A stretch of DNA of 32,000 bases from Candidatus Odinarchaeota archaeon (GTDB taxonomy: Archaea > Asgardarchaeota > Odinarchaeia > Odinarchaeales > Odinarchaeaceae). Position 1 is the first letter of the stretch. Every line of letters begins with the position of its first letter. Where the stretch lies: NCBI GenBank assembly GCA_016839265.1, contig JAEOUO010000002.1:90001-122000 (forward strand). The letters are read 5' to 3'. The position numbers and the translations under genes were made by a program. The notes beneath the pieces are model-generated. The model was not told the origin of the DNA. It ran no database searches and saw nothing but the letters and a program-made list of their open reading frames with translations. This document shows, one piece after another, positions 19,833 to 27,716 of this stretch.

Positions 19833-19854
19833 AAGATCACTCTCTAAAAAATTA

Positions 19855-20304
19855 TTATTTTTTATCTTCTAATTCTTTTACAAGGATTTCTATGAAAAGA
19901 GGGTAACAGCATCCTTTTAGTATATCTTCGTAGGATTGAATGATTTTTCTCTGTGTATAGTATATTTCAAGGTTTTCTTTGAAACCGTGTAGGAATGGTT
20001 TTTTAATTAAGTTTAGGAGGTGTTTACTCACTTTCTCTGGGAGGCTGCTGCTTGTAAGCATGCTGAAAATAATGTTTCTTTCTTTAATATACCATATTTT
20101 ATGACAGTTTAACTTGTAGCTGTTTAATTTTCTGCTTTTCATTTTTTTATTGTAATTGTTTTTCATAGCTTCTAGTAATTGTGAGTCTATTTCCCTGTGA
20201 CTGTATGAAACTAATACGCTTCCTGCTTTATCGAATATATAGATGGCGTCAACGCTTTTTTCAAACTCGCATGTTTGTTTTTCCTCAGCATTATCTCCCA
20301 ACAT
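19855..20304 (-). CDS. Hypothetical protein, probable stand-alone longin-like domain
   Basis: Pattern AIYIFDKAGSVLVSYS / helix / KIWYIK / IIFSMLTS / helix EKVSKHLLNLIKKPFL fits longin (sigma-adaptin/sedlin) topology. The fold call is inference. Confidence 0.55.
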   Translation of the reverse strand: MLGDNAEEKQTCEFEKSVDAIYIFDKAGSVLVSYSHREIDSQLLEAMKNNYNKKMKSRKLNSYKLNCHKIWYIKERNIIFSMLTSSSLPEKVSKHLLNLIKKPFLHGFKENLEIYYTQRKIIQSYEDILKGCCYPLFIEILVKELEDKK

Positions 20305-20365
20305 TTCTATCACAATTTTGTAGTAAAACTACATAATTATTTATATTTCTCATATAAAAACCTTG

Positions 20366-21289
20366 TTAAACTGGCAGAGAGTAAACTGGAAGATATCCAG
20401 TGTTATTAGCGATTAACTGACCTACAGGCCCCAGACACCAGTCAATGTAAGCTGCGATGTAACCTCGCGGAACACCGTTTGTAATCACGTAAAGATATCT
20501 TGCGATAGGATAGGTGAAATTTTTAATATTATCAAGGCTAGGCTCAACAGGGATACCTGTAATCGGGTCATTCACTGATATAACTTTTACACTAGAGGTT
20601 TGAGCGTAAGCTGCACCTACGTAACCTATTCCACTAGGATCTTCAGCTATAGCTGAAATAATCGCGGAGTTTCCTGCTAAAGACTGAACATTATCCGCGT
20701 AATCATCGTTATTCATCACATGCTCTTGAAAATAACCGTAAGTTCCTGAAGACGGATCACGTGAGTAAGCTACTACCGCTCCTAAAGATGAAAGTGCAGG
20801 ATCCACCTGGCTCCACTGAGTGATAGAACCGTTATAGATGCCTCTCAGAATAGCGAAGCTTATATTAGTAATAGGATTTGAAGGATGAACTATGATAACT
20901 ATCCCATCGATGCATACAGGTGTTACATGCAGTTCAACTCCTTTACCGGCTGCTATAGAATACTCGGCTGAGCTTGGAAGCCTAGAGGCGTCCGCTATAT
21001 CTATTATCCCGTTTATAAGTTGGCTTATCCCTACAGATGATCCTGCTCCACCTACCACAATATTCACTCCGGGATTATACTGCATGTAATGGTAAGCCCA
21101 AGTTTGTTGTAATTCAAATAATGTATTTGATCCTTCAATGTTTATTTGAGCGTTGAACCCTCCGACTCCTCCAGGTCCAAGATAAGCGCCTAGAAAGAAA
21201 CCGCCTAGAAAACCGCCTCCTAAAACGAAGATGAATATTAAAATTAATATTCGCCTACTAAACCCGATCTGGAATTCCTCTAACTCCAT
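20366..21289 (-). CDS. pstS: Phosphate ABC transporter substrate-binding protein PstS
   Basis: N-terminal TM anchor, IEGSNTL, GAGSSVGI, DIADASR, SRDPSSGT, GIGYVG and YPIARYLY. GGTGA SD favours ATG 21289. Confidence 0.93.
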   Translation of the reverse strand: MELEEFQIGFSRRILILIFIFVLGGGFLGGFFLGAYLGPGGVGGFNAQINIEGSNTLFELQQTWAYHYMQYNPGVNIVVGGAGSSVGISQLINGIIDIADASRLPSSAEYSIAAGKGVELHVTPVCIDGIVIIVHPSNPITNISFAILRGIYNGSITQWSQVDPALSSLGAVVAYSRDPSSGTYGYFQEHVMNNDDYADNVQSLAGNSAIISAIAEDPSGIGYVGAAYAQTSSVKVISVNDPITGIPVEPSLDNIKNFTYPIARYLYVITNGVPRGYIAAYIDWCLGPVGQLIANNTGYLPVYSLPV

Positions 21290-21318
21290 AAATTCACCGT
21301 CTTCTAACTGAATTAAGA

Positions 21319-21378
21319 TTTTAGATAACATATAAAATTTACTGCTATCTTAAGTTGTATTCTTTAGCTTTTAGATAA
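21319..21378. promoter_or_regulatory. Direct repeat TTTTAGATAA x2 in the pstS/pstC divergent promoter region
   Basis: Identical 10-mers at 21319-21328 and 21369-21378, 50 bp apart. The region is AT-rich, so chance is not excluded. Confidence 0.3.
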
Positions 21379-21436
21379 AAATTAATATAGTTGTTTTCTT
21401 TTATTGCTTTTTGAAATAGGTTCGGTGTGAATTTAA

Positions 21437-22393
21437 ATGGGGGACGTATCCCTGTCTAATACTGGTGAAAGAATTTCAGAGCGGGTGAAAACTTCTAATT
21501 TAAAGAGGAACTGGGTGGAGTTTTTAATTGAAAAAGCTCTTCTAGCCTCTGGGCTCTTCGCGGTTATATTCGTTATTTTAATATTCACATATATTATTTA
21601 TGAAGCGATCCCCTTCTTCCTTCAAGTTAATCCTTTAGAATTCTTTTTAGGCGCGAGTTGGCACCCTGAATCTCCTTCTAATCCTCAGTATGGTTTACTT
21701 CCACCTCTTTGGGGTAGTTTCTTTGTAACAGTGATGGCTTTAGCGATAGCGATACCTGTAGGTGTAGTTTCGGCTATGTATATTTCTCAGATTGCCCGTA
21801 AACTGGAGAGAAATATATTGAAGCCTTTAATTGAAATCTTAGCCGGGATCCCCTCCGTTATCTACGGGTTCTTCGCTCTCGTGATAATGGCTTCTGTTTT
21901 ATCAACTTTATTCGGTGAAGCTGTGCTGACTAGACTTAACGCGTTGAATGGTGCGATTATATTAGCGGTAATGGCGTTGCCTACGATTATAAGTATATCT
22001 GAGGATTCTCTTACAGCCGTACCTAGAGAATATAAGGAGGCTGCTTTAGCTTTAGGTTCATCTGACTGGGAGGCTCTTAGAAACGTTACTTTACCTGCAG
22101 CTAAACCTGGTATTCTTACAGCTATTCTATTAGGTTTCGGCCGTGCTATCGGTGAGACTATGGCTGTTTTAATGGCTACCGGTAACAGTCCTCTTTTAGC
22201 TTTTAATCCTTTACAGTCTATTCTAGCTATGACTTCTTTAATCGCTAGAGACTTCGGGGAGGTGGCTATCGGCTCAATCTGGTATCATTCTATTTTCGCA
22301 GTGGCTTTAATTCTTTTAATTATCACGTTACTCGTTAACTGGGTGGCTACATCAGTGGTTTCTAAAAAGATCGGCTGGAGGATTAGACGTTGA
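21437..22393 (+). CDS. pstC: Phosphate ABC transporter permease PstC
   Basis: W.P...YGLLPPLWGS, LAGIPSVIYG, EAA.ALG EAA loop and GRAIGETMAVLM. Confidence 0.95.
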   Translation: MGDVSLSNTGERISERVKTSNLKRNWVEFLIEKALLASGLFAVIFVILIFTYIIYEAIPFFLQVNPLEFFLGASWHPESPSNPQYGLLPPLWGSFFVTVMALAIAIPVGVVSAMYISQIARKLERNILKPLIEILAGIPSVIYGFFALVIMASVLSTLFGEAVLTRLNALNGAIILAVMALPTIISISEDSLTAVPREYKEAALALGSSDWEALRNVTLPAAKPGILTAILLGFGRAIGETMAVLMATGNSPLLAFNPLQSILAMTSLIARDFGEVAIGSIWYHSIFAVALILLIITLLVNWVATSVVSKKIGWRIRR

Positions 22394-23253
22394 CTTCGAA
22401 ATATACTAAACAGAAAGTGTATTTTTGGATTATGCGCATAGTTGCGGCTATCCCTTTAATCTTTTTAGCGTGGATTGTTGGTACTATTCTGTTCTACGGT
22501 ATTCCCGCACTGAAGCCGAGTATTCTAGGCGCCCCCACTCCTGGTAGCTATGAAACTTACGGTATCGGACCGGCTATTTTAGGTTCGATTTATGTGATGG
22601 TTTTTACTATGATTTTCAGCCTTCCAATAGGTGTTTTAGCTGCAATCTATCTTGTGGAATATGCTAAAGATAATTTATTCACAAGAATTATACGTATGGC
22701 TATTAATACGCTGGCGAGTCTGCCATCTATTATTTACGGCGTTTTCGGTTTTGTTTTCTTTCTAATTATTTTACATTTCCCTAAATCTGCGATTGTAGCT
22801 GCTTTAACTCTATCTCTGTTAACTTTACCTGTTATTATATCAGCTTCTCAAGAGGCTCTTTTATCTGTTCCTAAAAGTTACCGTGAAGCTGCTTTAGCTG
22901 TTGGGGCGACTAAATGGCAGGCTATAAGAGATCATGTTCTACCTAACGCGATTTCAGGTATTATGACAGGTGGAATATTAGGGTTAAGCAGAGCAGGCGG
23001 TGAGACAGCGCCTATTCTCTTTGTTTACGCTGTTGGTTTATCAGGTTTCGTATTCTCTCCTTTAGCTCCCTCCATGGCTTTACCGTTTACAATATATAAT
23101 TTAACTCTTCAATCAACCGGTTTAGAATACACTCTTCCGCTTGCATTCGCCGCCTGTCTTATACTTTTAATTATAATTGTGGCTTTGAATATTGTAGCGA
23201 TTTATATTAGAAGTAAAGCTAGGAGAAAACTTGAAAAAGTAAGGGTTTCATAG
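22390..23253 (+). CDS. pstA: Phosphate ABC transporter permease PstA
   Basis: [39 protein letters not shown] and SRAGGETAP; TTGA overlap with pstC. Confidence 0.95.
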   Translation: MTSKYTKQKVYFWIMRIVAAIPLIFLAWIVGTILFYGIPALKPSILGAPTPGSYETYGIGPAILGSIYVMVFTMIFSLPIGVLAAIYLVEYAKDNLFTRIIRMAINTLASLPSIIYGVFGFVFFLIILHFPKSAIVAALTLSLLTLPVIISASQEALLSVPKSYREAALAVGATKWQAIRDHVLPNAISGIMTGGILGLSRAGGETAPILFVYAVGLSGFVFSPLAPSMALPFTIYNLTLQSTGLEYTLPLAFAACLILLIIIVALNIVAIYIRSKARRKLEKVRVS

Positions 23254-23264
23254 GTGAAATTGAA

Positions 23265-24074
23265 ATGCTTGTAGATGATGACTGGCTTAAAGATTTTCTT
23301 GTTAGAGAAGATTTTAAAACATTGCCAAGTGTTATTTCAGTTAAAAACCTTAATTTATGGTTCGGTTCAACGCATGTTTTAAAATCTATCAGTTTAGAGA
23401 TTAAAAAAAACCGTATAACCGCTATTATTGGTCCTTCAGGTTGCGGTAAAACTACGCTGATTCGAACATTTAATCGAATGTGTGATTTAGATAACGCTCA
23501 TGTTGAAGGCGAGATTATCTTCGAGGGACATAATATTATCGGGAACAGTGTTGATGTGGTTGAACTTCGGAGACGTATCGGAATGGTTTTTCAGAAACCT
23601 AATCCTTTCCCTAAATCTATTTTCGAAAATGTAGCGTACGGTCCTCTAATCCATGGGGTGCGAAGTAAATCTAAACTTTATAAAATTGTTCAGGAGAGTT
23701 TAGAACGAGCTGCATTATGGGATGAGGTTAAAGACCGATTGAAGGATAACGCGTTAAGTCTTTCAGGCGGTCAACAGCAGAGGCTTTGTATCGCTCGTGC
23801 TTTAGCTGTTAATCCTGAAATTCTTTTAATGGATGAACCATGCTCCGCTTTAGACCCTATCTCCACAGCTAAAATAGAGGATCTTATGATAGATCTTAAA
23901 GATTCTCTCACTATCGTTATAGTCACTCATAACATGCAGCAGGCTGCTAGAGTATCCGATTACGCTGCATTCCTGTATATGGGTGAGCTTGTAGAATTCG
24001 GTCCTACTAGTTTAATATTTGAACGGCCTAGGGAGGAGAAGACGAAAGCTTATATAACTGGGAGGTTTGGTTAA
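23265..24074 (+). CDS. pstB: Phosphate ABC transporter ATPase PstB
   Basis: [46 protein letters not shown] and [10 protein letters not shown]. Confidence 0.97.
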   Translation: MLVDDDWLKDFLVREDFKTLPSVISVKNLNLWFGSTHVLKSISLEIKKNRITAIIGPSGCGKTTLIRTFNRMCDLDNAHVEGEIIFEGHNIIGNSVDVVELRRRIGMVFQKPNPFPKSIFENVAYGPLIHGVRSKSKLYKIVQESLERAALWDEVKDRLKDNALSLSGGQQQRLCIARALAVNPEILLMDEPCSALDPISTAKIEDLMIDLKDSLTIVIVTHNMQQAARVSDYAAFLYMGELVEFGPTSLIFERPREEKTKAYITGRFG

Positions 24075-24106
24075 ATATATTTTAAACTCTTTCATGGAGG
24101 TTTTAA

Positions 24107-24766
24107 ATGCAAGTTAGGAAGCGTTATCAGCAGGAGTTAGCTAATTTAACTAGAAGTGTTATTAGAATGGGAGAACTGGCAGCCAGTCTTATAGATGTGG
24201 CTGTGACAAGTCTAGCTAACAAGGACGGTTCTTTAGCGGATAAAGTTTTAGCTGAAGCTGCTAAAATAGACGACTATGAGCTTCGAATTGAAGAAACATG
24301 TATTCAGCTTATAGTCCGTCAGCAACCTGTGGCTGATGATTTGAGAGCGATTATCTCATACTTGCGAATTATAGGTGATTTCGACAGAATCAGTGATTTA
24401 GCCTCTAATATTGTTAAAATAACTAAGCAGACGCTTGATAAACCTTTAATTAAACCTTTAATTGACATTCCTAGAATGAGTAGAATGACTCAGGAAATGG
24501 TTAAATGCAATCTAGAATCGCTTGAAAAAGGTAGAGTACTGGACTGTATAGAGAAACTTTCTGAAAAAGATGATGAAGTGGACGCTTTATGGTATCAAGT
24601 TTACCGTGAACTGGTTTCGATGATGATTGAAAACCCGCGTCTTATAAGCGATGCGACTGATCTTATGTTAGTAGCCAGATACCTTGAGAGAATGGCTGAC
24701 CACGCTTGCAATATAGGGAGTAGGATTATATATATGTTTACAGGGGAGCGGCGGAAGCTTCAATAA
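24107..24766 (+). CDS. phoU: Phosphate transport regulator PhoU
   Basis: QQPVADDLR, DFDRISD and RYLERMADHACNI; follows pstB. Confidence 0.96.
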   Translation: MQVRKRYQQELANLTRSVIRMGELAASLIDVAVTSLANKDGSLADKVLAEAAKIDDYELRIEETCIQLIVRQQPVADDLRAIISYLRIIGDFDRISDLASNIVKITKQTLDKPLIKPLIDIPRMSRMTQEMVKCNLESLEKGRVLDCIEKLSEKDDEVDALWYQVYRELVSMMIENPRLISDATDLMLVARYLERMADHACNIGSRIIYMFTGERRKLQ

Positions 24767-24885
24767 TTCCAATTCTTAATAATATTTAAATACTTTTTAA
24801 ATTATATAATTAAAAAGCCTAAGTAATCTAGTTTAAAATAATTAAAAATATGAATTTGTAAACTGGATGATTTACTGGTGGTTGT

Positions 24886-25176
24886 ATGCCGTTATTTAAA
24901 GATGTGGAGAAAGTTAAATTTTTTGTTAAAAAAGTTTTCGACTTAGCTACAGAGTTGAAAATCCCTATTTTAGATGAGAAAACTGTTTCCGATTTGAAGA
25001 TTAATCCAGGAGCGGTTGCCTGGGTTATAGAAATGAAAGTTGAACCGGAGGATGAAACACCGATTAAAGCTTTTCTGGCTTTAGCCCAGTATTTTAGAAG
25101 TATAATTATTAAAAGAGGGGATGTATTCTATATACCGCACGGCTCTGAGAGCTATAAATTAGAATGCGCCGGTTGA
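24886..25176 (+). CDS. Hypothetical protein (96 aa)
   Basis: ORF with GGTGG SD-like site upstream and globular composition; no family recognised. Confidence 0.7.
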   Translation: MPLFKDVEKVKFFVKKVFDLATELKIPILDEKTVSDLKINPGAVAWVIEMKVEPEDETPIKAFLALAQYFRSIIIKRGDVFYIPHGSESYKLECAG

Positions 25177-25210
25177 TTTTATAGTCTTCTACAGCTTTAA
25201 CTTGCCGGCG

Positions 25211-25244
25211 GGAAGTCTTCTTCCGAGAGGGAGGGGTAATTCAC
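25211..25244 (+). mobile_element. Decayed IS200/IS605 right-end hairpin (GGAAG-stem-TAATTCAC)
   Basis: GGAAG-T-CTTCTTCC-GAGA-GGGAGGGG-TAATTCAC: 8-bp stem with three G-U pairs and terminal TCAC, same architecture as the copy at 26595. Confidence 0.6.
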
Positions 25245-25852
25245 GTCATACCAGTCATAAGCTTCTTAAGTCGTTTCAACTCTTTCAACATTTCGCTTTT
25301 AAGCGAGCTTACTGAAGTTTGATCCATTCCCGCCTCTTCTACAGACGCTGAAGGTATTTGTGGAACGCTTGCAGGTATAACAGCCGCTTGTACTTCAGGT
25401 TCCGTTTCTACAGCTTCAGCTGCTGGCGGGGTTGGTGCGGGTTCAAAATCCGGAGCCTTCGGCGGTGTGGATATGGAGGGTGTTTTTATTTCAGGGACTT
25501 GTATCCTAGGTGGCGTGGTTGGTGTTACAGATGGAGGTGGCGGGGGTGTTTGCTGAACTGCAGTGGTTTGAATTACAGGTTTACCTGTTAATAATGTCCA
25601 TAAATCCTCCGGGGACATGATTTCCCCTCTTTTAGATAGAACAGTTGTTATCACGGAGGTTGAGGTTGCTCTTTCACTAGCCGGTAGTTTTCCAAGCTCA
25701 ATTGATTTTAAATCTTTTTCAATTCTTTTTAAACTGTCTGTAAGTGTTTTCGTAGCTTCGTTGACTGTTTTAGAAAATTTATCAATCGCTTCTAGAAAAT
25801 AGTCTTTTATCCTAGATAGCACTCGGACCGCTTTCTGTGTTTCATCCTCCAA
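25241..25852 (-). CDS. Hypothetical protein: N-terminal coiled coil, proline-rich linker, C-terminal amphipathic helix
   Basis: 203-aa ORF, TTG start with GAGGGG SD; TPPPPPSVTPTTPP; ends SLKSEMLKELKRLKKLM. Confidence 0.8.
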   Translation of the reverse strand: MEDETQKAVRVLSRIKDYFLEAIDKFSKTVNEATKTLTDSLKRIEKDLKSIELGKLPASERATSTSVITTVLSKRGEIMSPEDLWTLLTGKPVIQTTAVQQTPPPPPSVTPTTPPRIQVPEIKTPSISTPPKAPDFEPAPTPPAAEAVETEPEVQAAVIPASVPQIPSASVEEAGMDQTSVSSLKSEMLKELKRLKKLMTGMT

Positions 25853-25980
25853 GATATTCCCCTCAATGTTAGCGTGAAATTTATTTATTTAAATTTATAT
25901 AATGTTAACTAGCGCTGTTATATTAATTTTTCTTAATATTGTTTACGTAATTTTACTACGAAATATAATATAACTTTTCC

Positions 25981-25988
25981 TTTATAAA
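25981..25988. promoter_or_regulatory. TATA-box-like TTTATAAA about 25 nt upstream of the tnpB/omegaRNA remnant
   Basis: Perfect archaeal TATA-like 8-mer, but palindromic; the purine-rich BRE-like run is on the minus-strand side, so orientation is ambiguous. Confidence 0.35.
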
Positions 25989-26006
25989 GTTCTTTTCAAC
26001 TCTTAA

Positions 26007-26063
26007 CTGTCTTACCATAATGGCGCTATGAACATATTCAAGCGAACTACGGGGCTGCCTTGA
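26007..26063 (+). pseudogene. tnpB: 3'-terminal stub of tnpB (RuvC-III motif remnant)
   Basis: Reads LSYHNGAMNIFKRTTGLP*, matching the TnpB D-x-N-[GA]-A-x-N-I motif with TAC (Tyr) at the catalytic GAC (Asp). No upstream tnpB sequence (in-frame TAA at 26004). Confidence 0.65.
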
Positions 26064-26157
26064 CACAGCTCGAACTGGGTAGGATGAAGCATAAGCTGGC
26101 AACCCTGGAATCTCCCGACTTTTCGATTGGCATAGAAAAATTAAAATATATTTTTTT
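26010..26157 (+). ncRNA. Candidate stand-alone TnpB omegaRNA/reRNA-like structured RNA
   Basis: 52% GC over 26021-26130 versus 14% over 26131-26220. Stem GGGCTGCC(26052-59)/GGCAACCC(26098-105), 7 of 8 paired. GGAAT-CTCCCGAC-TTT is the 5' half of an IS605-type right-end hairpin. T7 tract at 26151-26157. Confidence 0.55.
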
Positions 26158-26244
26158 AATTTTATATTTAGCTAGTATAAGTTAACATTTAATTGCTAAA
26201 ACATTAATATATCTGATTGTATACTCAGCTATCGAGGTGTTTTT

Positions 26245-26529
26245 ATGTCTCAACAGGCTAAAGGTAAAGCTAAAGGTAAAAAGCGGGCTGCTCCTGAAAA
26301 AATTGAAAAAAATATTAAAGATGTTGAACTGAAACAGGATTTGCTTCAATCTCTTGTTAAAGAGGTTCCTAAAATGAAGGTTATTACTCCGAATATGATC
26401 GGTGTTAAATATAATCTTCGTTTAAGTGAAGCTAAAAAAGCTCTTCTTCAATTGGCTGAAAAAGGTTTAATTAAACCAGTCTCCGATAGTAGACGTATTA
26501 AGATCTATACGGGGACCGCTGCCTCCTAA
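26245..26529 (+). CDS. rps25e: 30S ribosomal protein eS25
   Basis: Basic N-terminus, KEVPKMKVITP...YNLRLSEAKKALLQLAEKGLIKPV...IYT; SD GAGGTG. Confidence 0.93.
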   Translation: MSQQAKGKAKGKKRAAPEKIEKNIKDVELKQDLLQSLVKEVPKMKVITPNMIGVKYNLRLSEAKKALLQLAEKGLIKPVSDSRRIKIYTGTAAS

Positions 26530-26594
26530 ATTATTTTTAATAAAATTTAATCTTATTTTTTAAACTAATTTTTTAATATTATCGTGCCATACAC

Positions 26595-26627
26595 GGAAGC
26601 CCATGACTTTAGTCATGGGTAGCTCAC
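26595..26627 (+). mobile_element. Intact IS200/IS605 right-end hairpin (PATE-like remnant)
   Basis: GGAAG-CCCATGAC-TTTA-GTCATGGG-TAGCTCAC: GAAG guide, perfect 8-bp stem and terminal TCAC. TTAT lies just upstream at 26579-26582. No transposase in the window. Confidence 0.82.
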
Positions 26628-26694
26628 AACCATCAAAATACTTATATTCTTTTCTCAAATACTCTAAAATATAATTAATTACGGAGTGGTGGAA

Positions 26695-27453
26695 ATGAGT
26701 CTTATAAGCGGTAAGCAGCCTATCGCTGAAGGTAAAACTAAACGTGTATACCTTCATGACGAACCGGATAAAGTTATCTTATACTTTAAAAACGATATCA
26801 CCGCGTTAGACGGATTAAAACATGATGTAATCCATGGTAAAGGATATATTAACGCTTATATAACTAAGTATCTTTTCGAAAAACTTGAAAAAGCAGGTGT
26901 TCCAACTCAACTAGTTGAATACGTTTATCCGAATATCATTATCGCTAAAAAAATTCAAATGCTTCCGATAGAAGTTGTCTGCAGAAACATAGCCGCCGGG
27001 CATCTCGTTAAAAAACTTCCGTTTTTTAAAAACGGTCAACCCCTCAACCCGCCGGTGATCGAATTCTTTTATAAATCAGATGAACTCCACGATCCGATGG
27101 TTAACGAATATCATCTTCAAGCTCTCCGTATAACCTCCGAGAAAGAAACACTACAGATGAAAGATTATACGTTGAAAGCTAACCGTGTTTTAAAAGATTT
27201 CTTTAATAAACGCGGCTTAATCTTCGTTGATTTTAAAATAGAATTCGGCCGTTTAAGCGAAGACAACCTTGTTATAGGTGATGAGTTAAACGGTGACTCT
27301 ATGCGGCTTTGGGCGTCTCCTGATGGTAGAAAAGCTTTTGATAAAGACGGTTATAGAAGCGGTGACGCTTTAGATAAAGTGAGGGAAACATATATAGAGA
27401 CTTTTAAAGTTATAACAGGTGAAGAACCTTTAAAAGAGGGTCTTGAAAGTTGA
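26695..27453 (+). CDS. purC: SAICAR synthetase
   Basis: AEGKTKRVY, LPIEVVCRNIAAG, EFFYKSDELHDP and VDFKIEFG; SD GTGGTGG favours ATG 26695. Confidence 0.96.
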   Translation: MSLISGKQPIAEGKTKRVYLHDEPDKVILYFKNDITALDGLKHDVIHGKGYINAYITKYLFEKLEKAGVPTQLVEYVYPNIIIAKKIQMLPIEVVCRNIAAGHLVKKLPFFKNGQPLNPPVIEFFYKSDELHDPMVNEYHLQALRITSEKETLQMKDYTLKANRVLKDFFNKRGLIFVDFKIEFGRLSEDNLVIGDELNGDSMRLWASPDGRKAFDKDGYRSGDALDKVRETYIETFKVITGEEPLKEGLES

Positions 27454-27716
27454 AAGAGTATACTGTTGAAGTTGTTATTGAAAGCAAACCTTACGCGAAG
27501 GATCCTGAAGGTATGACTATAATGAGGGATTTAATGCATAAAACAGGATATGAGAGAGTTAACTCTGTGAGAACCGGTAAATTTCTTAGAATAAAAGTGT
27601 CAGCTGAGAACGGTGAAGAAGCTAAAAACTATGTGGTGAAGATGATTAATGATCTTAGAATATATAATCCTGTAGCTCACACATATAGTATAGTTTTAAA
27701 GGAGAGTACCGGTTGA
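27450..27716 (+). CDS. purS: FGAM synthase subunit PurS
   Basis: DPEG, VRTGKFL and IYNPV motifs; between purC and purQ with TTGA overlaps. Confidence 0.93.
   Translation: MKEYTVEVVIESKPYAKDPEGMTIMRDLMHKTGYERVNSVRTGKFLRIKVSAENGEEAKNYVVKMINDLRIYNPVAHTYSIVLKESTG

Noticed and set aside
26021-26135. tRNA (including tRNA-Sec), 5S rRNA or purine riboswitch
   Set aside because: No four-arm cloverleaf or canonical T-loop on either strand and no 5S consensus; the tnpB-motif stub and GAAT half-hairpin explain the region better.
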